NCBI RefSeq assembly: GCF_006345805.1 | Contig: NC_042999.1 | Location: 145,700,001 to 145,764,000, forward strand | Length of the DNA stretch: 64,000 bases | Reading direction: 5' to 3' | Source of the DNA: Octopus sinensis | Taxonomy: Eukaryota | Part shown: positions 1-11,950 of the stretch, in pieces | Numbering within the stretch: position 1 is the first letter of the stretch | Layout: the number at the start of each line of letters is the position of its first letter | The notes under the pieces: model-generated | What the model was told of the DNA's origin: nothing | The model's input: the letters and a program-made list of their open reading frames with translations, nothing else | The model's database searches: none | Made by a program: the position numbers and the translations under genes

Positions 1-75
1 ATTTCCCGTCCTTCAACTGTACTCGTAAGGTAGTTTCAGTTGAAATACAAACCCAGGTTATTATATCATTCTTTA

Positions 76-293
76 GGGTGGCGAGCTGGCAGAATCGTTA
101 GCACGCTGGAGCAAATGCTTAGCGGTATTTCGTTTGCCGCTACGTTCTGAGTTCAAATTCCGCCGAGGTCGACTTTGCCTTTCATCCTTTCGGGGTCAGT
201 AAATTAAGTACTAGTGAAACACTGGAATCAATGTCATTGACTAGTCCCTTCCGCACCAAATTTCAGGCCTTGTGCCTTCACTAGAAAGGATTA
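76..293 (+). mobile_element. tRNA-derived SINE, family A
   Basis: ggcgagctggcagaatcgttagcacg...gagttcaaattccgccgaggtcgactttgcctttcatcctttcggggtc; A-box and B-box-like motifs; many copies in the window. Confidence 0.85.
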
Positions 294-854
294 TATAATT
301 TCATCTCACACCTCATTGTAACTCGTATTACTGTATATTCCGGTGGTTTTTCAGAGTCAAATACACGAACTACAGAAACACACGATTCCCCCCCCCCCCA
401 CTTCTCTCTCACTCTCTCTTTAAAGTTGCTCTACATTTCGCTGTAACAGAGGAAGAAACATTTTATAAATTCTGTATCGATTGTTCCAACAATCCCGAAG
501 TGAGACAACAGCTATGAAGCAGAAAAAGAGGGAAATAGTTTCCAATATATATGTATGAACATGCACACACAAACACACACACATGCATATATATATATGT
601 TTTAAATGTCTTACTTTGAAAAATTGCATTCGGTGGGATTAGTAATATTTTTGGTAGAAATGACTGATTGTCCCTCCTAGCGTTTGGCATGTATATATAA
701 TGCCTCCTGGCATGTATGTATAATTATGCCCTCTATATATAAATTAATATGTTCAATAAGAAATAATTATTTTCGAAATTTTTCTCTTATGAGGTTTTTA
801 CGCTATCTACCTGACAATTTCTTGTTAAGTTTTCCTTATTAAGTAGTTGTCCTT

Positions 855-919
<65 letters not shown>

Positions 920-1519
920 TACACATAAACACACAGTTATATATATTAGATAAATGGCGTGTATATTATAATATATTCGCATTATAAATTTCATGTATAT
1001 AGATACATACAGGCGTGTGTATTTGTTTTTTTTTGTTTTGTGTGTGTGTGTGTGTGTGCAATTCATTCAGGCTAATACCTTTGATATATTTTTTCAATGA
1101 AAATTTGTGATGAAATTTTAGCTATTTATATTTGAAATACATTGACTGGTATTCTTGCTATTTTTAAAACGAAGTGTATTTTGAATATTTTAGAATTTGA
1201 CACAATACAACCCAATATAAATTGTATTGTATCATTCTTTCTAGATTTTCAGTGTGAAATGTTTAAACAGTCCTTTATTCAATGACTGTTGCAAAAGCGC
1301 TCAGTTCTGATAACATTAACTCCTTTGGGCGCCTCATATGTACTATATTTTCGTATGTAGGTACAAACTCAATAAACTTCTTTCCTACGCTTCCTGTTAT
1401 TTATTTCTTCTCTACCACCTATCTATCTTTATGTGTTTAATAATTTTTCGCCTATTTTTTTCATATATTTTCACTTATTTTTTTCCATTGATCTTCATTA
1501 TATATATTTCATTTTCTCT

Positions 1520-1557
<38 letters not shown>

Positions 1558-1580
1558 TATGTGTGTGTGCATGCGCGCAT

Positions 1581-1612
<32 letters not shown>

Positions 1613-2649
1613 TGTATGTATGGAGAGAAGTGTATTCCCACGGTGGAAAAATATAGGTGAATGTGTTTTGGGAGTTTGAAAATGCACTTGAATCTCAAAA
1701 CGTGCATTGGTGTTCAAATTTATAGATTTATTCAAATGCTATTTGAATAAATAAAGGATAAATAATAGATTTATTCAAATTCCAAGCAGGTGTCGATTTT
1801 GTTTTGCTTATCAGTCGTATACATATATAAATAAAGAGTTAAGAAGAGTTTAAATTTACAAGGTAAAATTTGGAAATCATGTTTAAAATATCCAATGTTC
1901 AAATGTTCAGAGAAACTTCAATGAGTTTCACAGGGAGACGCAGTAATATAAGTATATTTAATGAAGATCAGAATAAATATACATGACTAATGACTCATAT
2001 TGAGTTTTTTTTTTATAAAAAAAAAAAGGGGTAGAGAAGAAAGAGAAAAAGATGGACTGAAAGAATTTTGTTTTTACAATTTCTTTCGTGATGTACGAAG
2101 GAGTTCTATCAATTCCTGTTCGCTAAAGTCCAATTTTTTCAGTATATATATATTTACGGTAATGGATCAGTTTTGATTAGTTATAATTTTGATGGCGTCT
2201 TTTGTATTTCTCGTGGATGGTTTGATCAAAATATTTTTGTTTTGGCAAAATCCAGCGTTCTGATTGGTTATCTTTCTGGTGGGGATTTAGTAACTTGTTT
2301 TCGTCTGACGGTCATCTAACGTTCCAGTTGGTTGGTTCCCTTAAGAAGTCACCAGTTCGGTCGCCTCGATGTTTACTTGTTTTTTTCCTGAGCGTCTGAT
2401 TTTGACGAGAGAAAAATTTTCATTAGTTTAGTTTGAGGTGATGTCAGCAATTGGTGTTTGTGAAGGTGCGTAGTGTTATTGTGTTATTGTACAGTAGTTT
2501 AGTGTTAGAGAGTCAAATCCCTGAAGGAAGTCTGTTACTTAAAATTTTCGATTTATATCTGTTGTCTCTGGTGAATAAATATTTTCGTGAATAAATTGGG
2601 TTTTCATTTTCTTGTGTGTCATTATTGAATATTGAATTGTTCGTATTTT

Positions 2650-2915
2650 TTAAACACCTAATTCCTTATTTCATCGAAATTGGGTCGATGAGTTTCCGGT
2701 GCCTTGATAAAGAGGGGAAATCTGATATTCGGATTTATGTTTGCAGGGCATTGGTCTAAGTGTTTACTTTCGGGAATTTTCTTGGGCGTGGAGTAGCGGA
2801 TCTGTTGCCAGTGTACCGTTAAGTTGTTCCTCAAGGTCAAGCTCGTTTGACTTATGTAATCCCCACCACACCAACTACATTTGAGAACATAAATTAAGTT
2901 CTTCGATGAACACAT
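2650..2915 (-). mobile_element. Penelope-like element GIY-YIG endonuclease remnant
   Basis: ORF 2658..2915: CSSKNLIYVLKCSWCGGDYISQTSLTLR...H..QIR...SKHL..C, the PLE-type NLIY..C..C...YIGQT motif; the inverted copy at 2923-3070 keeps YIGQT. Confidence 0.75.
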
Positions 2916-3087
2916 GAAATGAAGTGGGTGTAGTGAGGACTACATAGGTCAAACGAGCTTGACCTTGAGGAACAACTTAACGGTACACTGGCAACAGATC
3001 CGAGACCCCACGACCCAAAAAATTCCCGAAAGTAAATACACAGGTCAATGCCCCGCAAACATAAATCCGACTACCAGATTTTCTCTC

Positions 3088-3140
<53 letters not shown>

Positions 3141-3189
3141 CACGTGCGCAGACATAGACACACACACACACGTATATGTGTCTTCCTTG

Positions 3190-3365
3190 CTTCTTTCAGC
3201 TATTAAACTGTGGCCATGCTGGAGCAGTACTTTTTGAAGAATTTTAAGTCGGATAAATCGATACCAGCACTTTTTTTTTTTTTGAAGCCTGGGTCACTTA
3301 AACCGAGCTCCTAAGTTACCGGGACGTAAACACACCAACACTGGTTGTCAAGCTAGAGTGTCACA
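3190..3365 (-). mobile_element. SINE family B, 3' half
   Basis: gtggccatgctggagc...gggacgtaaacacaccaacactggttgtcaagc, the reverse complement of the 3' part of the full copies at 32493 and 45152. Confidence 0.65.
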
Positions 3366-3704
3366 CACACACACATACATATCTACACAAACAAAATTCA
3401 CATACCAGACGAACACCAATTGTATCCTACATAACACTTATATATCCATGTAAAAGGCAGGCTTTTCAAATAACATCTCGGTATACGTGTATATTCGGAA
3501 TAATTCAGCACTGAATATATTGCAGTTAAATTTGAACGTGAGGCATTTACTTGTAGTAATGCCCTTAATATCTTAATATAATAAATGTATTTTAAAGAGA
3601 ATAAATTAATAATATATTTTGTATAAAGTTTTTCTTTAACTGGTTTTTCACGCTGACAACTTGATAAATTCTTATATAGATTTTATCCTTATATTTAATT
3701 TATA

Positions 3705-3739
<35 letters not shown>

Positions 3740-3740
<1 letters not shown>

Positions 3741-4580
3741 CAACTTATAAGCGAGGGCTAAAGGAGATTATTCCAAAGCCAATATACTGATTTTCCACAT
3801 AAAATCCACTTGCTATAGAAATTGAACTGAAGTCGGGCAAACTAACCGTTAGAATATTTAAATTTCGTTATCTCTATATTGAATCAATTTCGGAATTAAT
3901 CTCATAAAGGATTCTTTCTTCATCGGTAGAGCTTACGAGAGAATATAATTAAGATACTTACATGCGCCTATGGAAAAAGCCGAAAAAAAGAACATAAGTA
4001 CGTTTAAGTTCCTCAGTTATATCTAAAAATAAAAATTCTTTGGTCAGTCTCAGAACAACGTGTTGACTGTTGGCCGTTACAGATTGTAATGGTTACCAGT
4101 CCCTATAGCAAGCAATAATAAGCCTACTACTAATAATATAGGATGAAGTTTTTTCTCTACAGAAAAGAATTCCATCAAGAAATGTGGCAGTATATTAAAA
4201 AAAACCTTTACGGTTAAAATTATAAACAACTTATAAGCGAGGGCTAAAGGAGATTATTCCAAAGCCAATATACTGATTTTCCACATATAATCCACTTGCT
4301 ATAGAAATTGAACTGAAGTCAGGCAAACTAGCCGTTAGAATATTTAAATTTCGTTATCTCTATATTGAATCAATTTCGGAATTAATCTCATAAAGGATTC
4401 ATTCTTCATCGGTAGAGCTTACGAGATAATATAATTAAGATACTTACATGCGCCTATGGAAAAAGCCGAAGCAAAGAACATAAGTACATTTAAGTACCTC
4501 AGTTATATCTGAAAATAAAAATTCTTTAAATATTCTAACGGTTAAATATTCTAACGGTTAGTTTGCCCGACTTCAGTTCA
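3740..4580. repeat. Direct duplication of about 300 bp (3740-4041 and 4226-4527) plus a short inverted copy (4528-4580)
   Basis: acaacttataagcgagggctaaagg...aaaaattcttt occurs twice; 4545-4582 is the reverse complement of ttgaactgaagtcgggcaaactaaccgttagaatattt. Confidence 0.9.
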
Positions 4581-4869
4581 ACATAAAAATCTCACATTCG
4601 GAATGAAGCGTATTAGAAAATGTGAATGGTAAATGGAATGAAAGAATCGGCAGTATAAATATTATGATGGGAAGGTAGAGAAAGAACTAGCAAAATACTA
4701 GATTAAAAATTAAAATCAAATCAAATAAAGTTTAAATAACAAATGAAACTAAAAAACAAATAAGATTTTAAATTAAAAAATAAAATAGAGAATACAAATA
4801 TACATACATATACATATATATATATATATATACTTCATTGCTTCATCTTGACAAATGATAGCCGCCCTA

Positions 4870-5305
4870 TCACGCCATCACACAGCACAGTCCCTCCGTT
4901 GATGAAGCTACAGATGACTTTTAAGACCAGCTGCAAACTAACAGGGTTTAAAACGCAAATGACAGATATTATTCAAGTTTCTTCTACACCTTTGCCCTTT
5001 GGAATATGATTCTGAAGGAATGGTTTTGTGAACGAACGTATGCCTATTAAGTGCAGATATTGTCTTACAAGTTTTGTGACATATGACGCAAATTGTAAGA
5101 GGCGGTTGGTGTTCAAGGTTATTACCGACATGGAAATTTCGATTTTCATGTGATTACATATGATTCACAAATACTACTTTTGACAACAGAACACTCATAT
5201 TACATATCCACTGTTCACTGCTGATTTCAGTTCCAATTGTTCTTTTGTGACAGGCATTTTTAAGCTCAGTGTGATGAATCATCTTTTCCTCCAAGGCGTT
5301 GTAAA
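4870..5305 (-). mobile_element. 5'-truncated RTE-clade LINE 3' end encoding C2H2 zinc fingers
   Basis: Minus strand CVICHKTCKTISALNRHTFVH (5028-5090) and CHLRFKPC*FAAGLKSHL*LH. Homologous to 47170-47480 and 47680-47740, which are contiguous with an RTE ORF2 tail. Confidence 0.65.
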
Positions 5306-6639
5306 TAAACGTTTATGTTAATTTAAAAGATTTATCCCTCAAATCTTATTTAGCTGTTATTTTTAGTATACAACAAAACCACCTCAATGCTAAATGACAA
5401 AAAGAAGCGAATAAACGAATATTTAAGCATTCAAATGAATTTAGTGCAAATGCGATAAACACATTACGATTTTTAAAAGAAAAACTTGGAAGAATTAGAT
5501 GAAAGTATTTCCGGGAATTTTCTTTAATGTAAATAAATATTTATGTTAATTTTAAAATTTGCCAGCAAAAACTTATAAACTGACAATGATCCAAAAGATG
5601 TACTTGTTTATATGTTATATATGAAAAGAAGAGGGAACAAAATATACTTAAAAAACAAACATGTAAGCATTAAAAAACAAGCATTTAACTTTCGGTTTCA
5701 ATTTTAAAAATATCCTCCCCTGTTTTCAATGTTTCTATAATAGAAGTCAAGTTACTGGAACTTGCTGCCATAATCACACAGAACACAGAACACAGCGTCA
5801 AATTTGTCAATCACATGCTTCCTCGCTGATAAAAGATTTTTCAAAGACTGCTCGGATTCGCTTGTTACTATGGCAGCAGGCATGTTGAGAGACAAAAGAC
5901 TGGGTGTGACTTACGATTGGCTAAAATTACTAAAATTTTCAAGCTTTAATTGCTAATAACTCTTTATTTATTGATTTTTAGCGAAAATTACTTTCACGTC
6001 ATTAATTAGCCTATAAAAGTGCTTCATTACACTGAATTTGAAATCAATTCGAACACAATTGATGCTGGCAGCCAAACCGATGAGATCCAGGGGACATTCT
6101 CTCCCTCCTCAACAGTCGCAAGTGACTTTGTGATTCCTTGTGCGGTTATTATCCTTATTATCATTATTATTACCATCATTACGGTAATTATTATTTTTGC
6201 TGTCATTTTTATTTATGTTATTTTCCCAATTAGTTTTATCATTGATATTATTGTTTACTATGATTTTCGATGCCTGTATTTCTAGTATTACTCACAACGT
6301 CTCCACATCTTCCTCTATGTTTTCACTCAATTTTTCCATTACTGGCTCCGGTTCGTTCGCTACTATTGGTTTTATTACCTCTACTGTAATTCATGTTATC
6401 ATCACTATCAGCAGATCTAATATTTATATTACAATAATTCTTGTTATATTACTGTAATCCTTTACACTATTATAATAACCCTTGTTATAATAAATATATA
6501 TTGCTTTCCTATTCTTATTGGTACCTCTCTTCTTGTAATCAATGTAGACATTAATATTATTACCAATGCTATTAGGACGTTAAGTATGAAATTTGTAGTA
6601 TGGTATATGGGTTTGAGTCTTTGAAAAGACAAATAAGGC

Positions 6640-7105
6640 CTTCACAGTCCGGCAGGCAAACTCGTGTTCGGCATCTCCGTCGTTGGCCACGACGCTGCGC
6701 AAATAGGTGAACTCATCAACTTCCTCGATTTAGTGTTGTCTAGTCATCAAGAGGACGCCATTGTTGTTCTCATCGACATATCCAATCCTCATGATCTTCA
6801 TCTTGTTTGCACTTATGGAGAGTCCGATCTTGGCCGTCTCCCGTCCCACACTCTCTGTCATTGTGCGAGTGACATTCTTCGTCGCTCCGAGGAGCGCGCT
6901 GTCATCGCTAAAGTCGAGGTCAGTCAGGCGCTCCGACCCACATCACGGAATCCTAAATCCGCGTTCGCGCATCGCGCTGCGCATGACGAAGTAGATTGCC
7001 ATAAGAAATAGGAGAGAAGCTAGAATGCACTCTTGCCGTACACCGATATCAATAGCAAAGTAGTCGATGTAGCCCGTTTCCGATCGAATGCAAAGTAAAC
7101 AGTAA
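6640..7105 (-). mobile_element. RTE-clade LINE reverse transcriptase fragment (GC-rich)
   Basis: Minus-strand motifs GVRQECILASLLFLMAIYFVMR, LTDLDFSDDSALL (about 6890-6927) and EFTYLRSV, matching RTE GVRQGC.LSP.LF, DLDFADD and F.YLGS; frameshifted. Confidence 0.85.
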
Positions 7106-7200
7106 AAAAAAAAAAACATTGAAATATTCGCGTGCAAATTAAATATTTAAAAGCTTCGAGCAAACCGACAGGAGTTGCTAGAAATAACAGTTTAGACATT

Positions 7201-7429
7201 AAGGCGGCAGCTGGCAAAAACGTTAGCACGCCGGGCGAAATGCTTAGCGGTACGTCTGCTGCTACGTTCTGAGTTCAAATTCCGCCAAGGTCCACTTTGC
7301 CTTTCATCCTTTCGGGGTCGATAAATTAAGTATCAGTTACGCACTGGGGTCGATATAATCGACTTAATCCGTTTGTCTGTCCTTGTTTGTCCCCTCTATG
7401 TTTAGCCCCTTGTGGGCAATAAAGAAATA
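7201..7429 (+). mobile_element. SINE family A with 21-bp target-site duplication
   Basis: Family A sequence flanked by agaaataacagttta(g/a)acatt at 7180-7200 and 7430-7450 (one mismatch). Confidence 0.9.
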
Positions 7430-8883
7430 AGAAATAACAGTTTAAACATTCCTTAAAACAAACATTTATTAGTTAAAAGACTCAAGAACGAAAGTTTGTA
7501 TTACACTCTACGGTTTTATAAAATAAATTATCTTTCTCATATCTCCTACAAATAAATTCACAATGATAAGTGTTAACGAGCGTTTGTTTCCATACTTTAA
7601 AGATGCTCAGGTACTCTCAGTTTGTTGATTACACTGTGGTGGTTACACTCCTTCGGCGTATGCGCAGCATCTTTGGTTACTACGGAAACAGAGATTTTCG
7701 CCACGGTAATGGGTAAAATACTCGCTTCTGATTGGCTAAATTACACAAATTTTGCAAATTTTAAAGGCTAATAACATTTTAGTTATGGATTTATAGTGGA
7801 AATGAATTCCATTTTCATAATTAGTTTACAAAACTTAATCCATGTATCAAATTTGAAAAGAATTGGAACGAAACTGTAAACAGTGGCGAAAACCGCGAAG
7901 ATCCTTCTGTTTTTGGTACAGTCATTACGCCAACAATAATAACATATGCATAGATTTTGCCGTTTATAAATTTTTCAGTGACTCGTGAGCTCTTAAATTA
8001 CTTCGAAGGCTACTTTCGTCTGTCAGAGACCTAGTCCTATGCCTCTCTCTGTGTGTATGGATGCTTGTATGTGTGTGTTGTGTATGTGTGTGTGTGTGTA
8101 TGTGTGCATGTGTGAGAGTATGTATGTGTGTGTATGTGTGAGTGCGTACGTACGTTCGCGCGGCTGTGTAGTTGTGTGCGTACGTCCGTGTAAGTGATTG
8201 TATGTGTGTTTGTGAGTGTGTGTGTGTGTGTGCACTAGCCATCCGTGCCTTCTTTCAGGTTTTACTAGTTTGTCTTTATCGTTATTCACAAGAACTCACC
8301 TTCCTCACACAATGTGAAATACAGAGAAATGCACAGAGCCTTACGCAGAAAGCAGCATTTGAAGCGAGTCGGGAGATCATAAGCCACTAAAAAAGTTGGA
8401 AACGACAACGAAAGAACTTTGACGATCAAACAAACGGTTTTTTTTTTAAAGTACGTTAAGCAAAAAGTCGATGACTTTGTTGGATAGATACTTAACGAAT
8501 GGACGAGTAATAATGAAGTGGAATTGAACCTGCGTATGTGTTATAACTATTGGCATCATGACTCTCCCATGTACACAAACACACACACACACACACACAC
8601 TATATATATATATATATATATATATGCATGTATGTGTATTTACATATGTATTTTCTTTTATTATTTTATTTGTTACAGTCATTTGACTGCGGCCATGCTG
8701 GACCACCACATTTAGTCGAACAAATCAATCTCAGGACTTATTCTTTGTAAGCCTAGTACGTATCCTATCGGTCTATTTTTGCCGAACCGCTAAGTGACGG
8801 GGACGTAAACACACCAACATCGGTTGTTAAGCGAGTGTGGGGCGACAAACACACGCACACACATACATACATACATACATACA

Positions 8884-8958
<75 letters not shown>

Positions 8959-9019
8959 TATATATATAATATATATATATTGCAAAAGAGGGAGTAGTAT
9001 TTCCACGCAGGAAAAAATA

Positions 9020-9733
9020 TAGGAAAATGTGTTGTTGAAAATGAACTTAAATTTTAAAAGGTCCTAAATGCTTAAAATACATGTATTTACATATATTCGA
9101 AACTAGTTTCAACAATTTTTTTCGTTTATCAGTGGTAAAAGTGTAAAATTAGAAAAATACTTCGTTATAAGTTTCAATGTTGACAAATCAAAATGTTTCA
9201 ATGTTAACAAACTAAAATGTGTCGATGTTGATAAATTAAAATGTTTCAATGTTGATAAATTAAAATATTTCAATGTTGATAAATTATCATGTTCAAAACA
9301 GAAGGTGTCAGTTTGAAATTAAAACTGTATATTAATTTGTTAGAATGTACAAGGTTCATTAATTTCAGTAGTGTTCGACAATTCATACCGAAAAAAGAAA
9401 AAAAAACAAAACAACTGTGAGAATTAAAATAGTAAAAAAAGGAAATTTGATTTACGGTTTCTCAGATCTTCTTTAAACAGTCGCTTTCGCTTGTAATGGT
9501 ATGTTTAGCGAAAGATGTATTTATAAATTTTTTTCTGCGAGCGAATCCGATTTTGATTCGCTAAAAAATTGATGACGTTTTTCTTCCGTGGTCAAGCTTG
9601 TCGTTCAGCTTGGTTGGTTTCCTTGCGGTTATAGGTGTTTCCGGTTGGTTGGCTCTCTTATGTAAATAAACGTATTTTAAATATTTACGAGCTTTTGAAA
9701 TTTAAGTGCATTTTCAACAACACATTTTCCTTA
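9020..9733. mobile_element. AT-rich non-autonomous DNA element (MITE-like) with about 50-bp terminal inverted repeats
   Basis: 9020-9069 taggaaaatgtgttgttgaaaatgaacttaaattttaaaaggtcctaaat pairs with 9683-9733; related partial copies at about 1625-1920 and 16800-17015. Confidence 0.7.
9173..9292. repeat. 24-bp minisatellite, 5 units
   Basis: Units resembling ttcaatgttgataaattaaaatgt. Confidence 0.85.
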
Positions 9734-9998
9734 ATATATATATATATATCATATATACATACATACATACATACATACATACATACATACATACACATAT
9801 ACATATATATATATATATAATATATATATATTATATATATATATGTGAAATAGAAAGATGAATAATCTTGTAGTAGATTAATCAAAAGTTTAACCGATAC
9901 CTTAGTAGCAAAAATCACAGCAGTAAACAGCACGGTTGGAGGTACAACCATCTGGCGTTGCAACCGTGCGTTGGTGCGGATAATTGAAATTAAAACAT

Positions 9999-10182
9999 TA
10001 TTGGTGAATTGAAGAAATGGAGCTGAACGCAGATTGAACAGAAATCGTTTTATTTCATTCTACACGTGATGGTCCCATTATTCAATCGGATTTTGGTAAT
10101 TTGTGCCTTTCGAAACACGTGTAGAATGAAATAAAACGATTTCTGTTCAATCTGCGTTCAGCTCCATTTCTTCAATTCACCA

Positions 10183-10185
<3 letters not shown>
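9999..10185. repeat. Perfect 70-bp inverted repeat with 47-nt spacer (fold-back, probably PLE-derived)
   Basis: 9999-10068 is the exact reverse complement of 10116-10185. Confidence 0.95.
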
Positions 10186-10217
<32 letters not shown>

Positions 10218-10439
10218 ATATATATATATGACGGCTTCTTTCAGTTTCCGTCAACCAAATCCACTCAAAGGTTTTGGTCGACCAGAGGCTATAGTGGAAG
10301 ACACTTGCCACATGGGACTGAAGTCGGAACCATGTGGTTGGTAAGCAAGCTATTTACCACACGGCCACTATTATATGTATGTTTGTGTATATAACACCTA
10401 CATAAGCACATACACACATATACATACATAAATACATAC

Positions 10440-10516
<77 letters not shown>

Positions 10517-10612
10517 CTAATCCAAACATGAAAGCACAAAAAAACACAAAAACGCGAGGACGTGGAACAAATATGTATTATTGGACGCTCAGGAAAGAAG
10601 GAAAGAAGGAGG

Positions 10613-10647
10613 GTTTAACGTTTCGAGCGGAGCTCTTCGTCGGAAAC
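10613..10647 (-). ncRNA. Minimal type-I hammerhead ribozyme-like motif (PLE type, CCGA core)
   Basis: Minus strand GTTT-CCGACGA-A-GAGC-TCC-GCTC-GAAA-CGTT-AAAC: stem I GTTT/AAAC, stem II GAGC/GCTC, palindromic ACGT stem III. Activity unknown. Confidence 0.6.
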
Positions 10648-11459
10648 ATAGGAGAAGGAAAGATCCAGAGAAGGGAAGACAGAGGAAAAAAAATCGTCAA
10701 CGGTACACACGCGGTCACATATTTATATAGTTATATTTAAGAAAGAATACGAGATAAAGTCCTATTTTCCCTCAGATTAAGAGATGAGAGATGAAAAAAT
10801 CGTCAAAAGCAATTCCAGAGAATGCCTACTTATTTCAGGTATGCGTGAATGTTGTCAGTTTCTTAGAAAATTCGCACATGCGTCCCTCTCCACACAATCA
10901 GAAACACCAATCGCAGGAAGAAAATATTACCTTTTTTTTTTAATACAAAATCTATTAGATACTGTTTATTTAATTTATACATAAGACAATTTCCAACAAC
11001 AAACAGATGTTTCGATTTTCGTCTGCTTGCATCAGACTCTTTCTGATGACTGTCTCCCTTTCAATTCTTATCTCTGAAAACGTTTTCTACTTTCTACTTG
11101 CTCATATCTCTAACTTTTTTCTTTCCTACTCTATTTTCCTCATGTGTCTGCATTTAGATATTATCTATGTATGTATCTATATAATCATTGCTTTAAAACT
11201 TGTTTCCATATAAACTTCCTTTCTCATGTATTCAAAAGCACGCGCATACTTTCTCAACGAATACACACAGAGACATCTGTTAGATAGTCACTTAGGGAGA
11301 ATTACAAATACTTGATTATAATCTTCTAATGGATTGAAATCGTAATCGTTTCATATTTCTTCTTCCTTTTCTTCCCTTTTCTTCTTTTGCTTCTTCTTCC
11401 GTCTCCATCTCCAATGGATTCTAATCTTCAACTTTATTCACATTATTATTTATAATAAT

Positions 11460-11553
11460 ATTAATATTCATCATCAGCATCATAATCTTCATCACCACTA
11501 CTGTCACCACAACTGTAATCATCGTTCATTGTCATCATCACCATCATCATACG

Positions 11554-11584
<31 letters not shown>

Positions 11585-11700
11585 TCAGCATCATTGCTGT
11601 CGTCGTCGTTGTCATCATCATCATCATCATCATTATCGTCGTCGTCGTCGTCGTCGTCATCGCCGTCACCATCTTCCTTCTCCTTTTCATTATCACCTCC
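11460..11700. repeat. (CAT)n/(CGT)n trinucleotide low-complexity tract
   Basis: Direct reading. Confidence 0.9.
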
Positions 11701-11814
11701 AAGATGCCTGAATTTGGGAATGATTTTAAAGAAATTATATTAAAAATTTGATGGAAACATTGCCTGCGGCATTAGAAGCAATTCGAAATATCTTCCCTAA
11801 ACACACATGCGCGT

Positions 11815-11853
<39 letters not shown>

Positions 11854-11887
11854 GAACACGCACGCACGCACACACACACACACACAC

Positions 11888-11950
<63 letters not shown>

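Larger units (their letters stand above)
8672..10369 (-). mobile_element. SINE family B split into a 3' half (8672-8856) and a 5' half (10230-10369) by insertions in its internal microsatellite
   Basis: Both halves are on the minus strand and in the correct order relative to the intact copy at 45152-45555; the interval holds microsatellites, a MITE and a fold-back element. Confidence 0.65.

Noticed and set aside
6664-7011. 115-aa plus-strand ORF in a GC-rich island
   Set aside because: Antisense shadow of the minus-strand RTE RT fragment.
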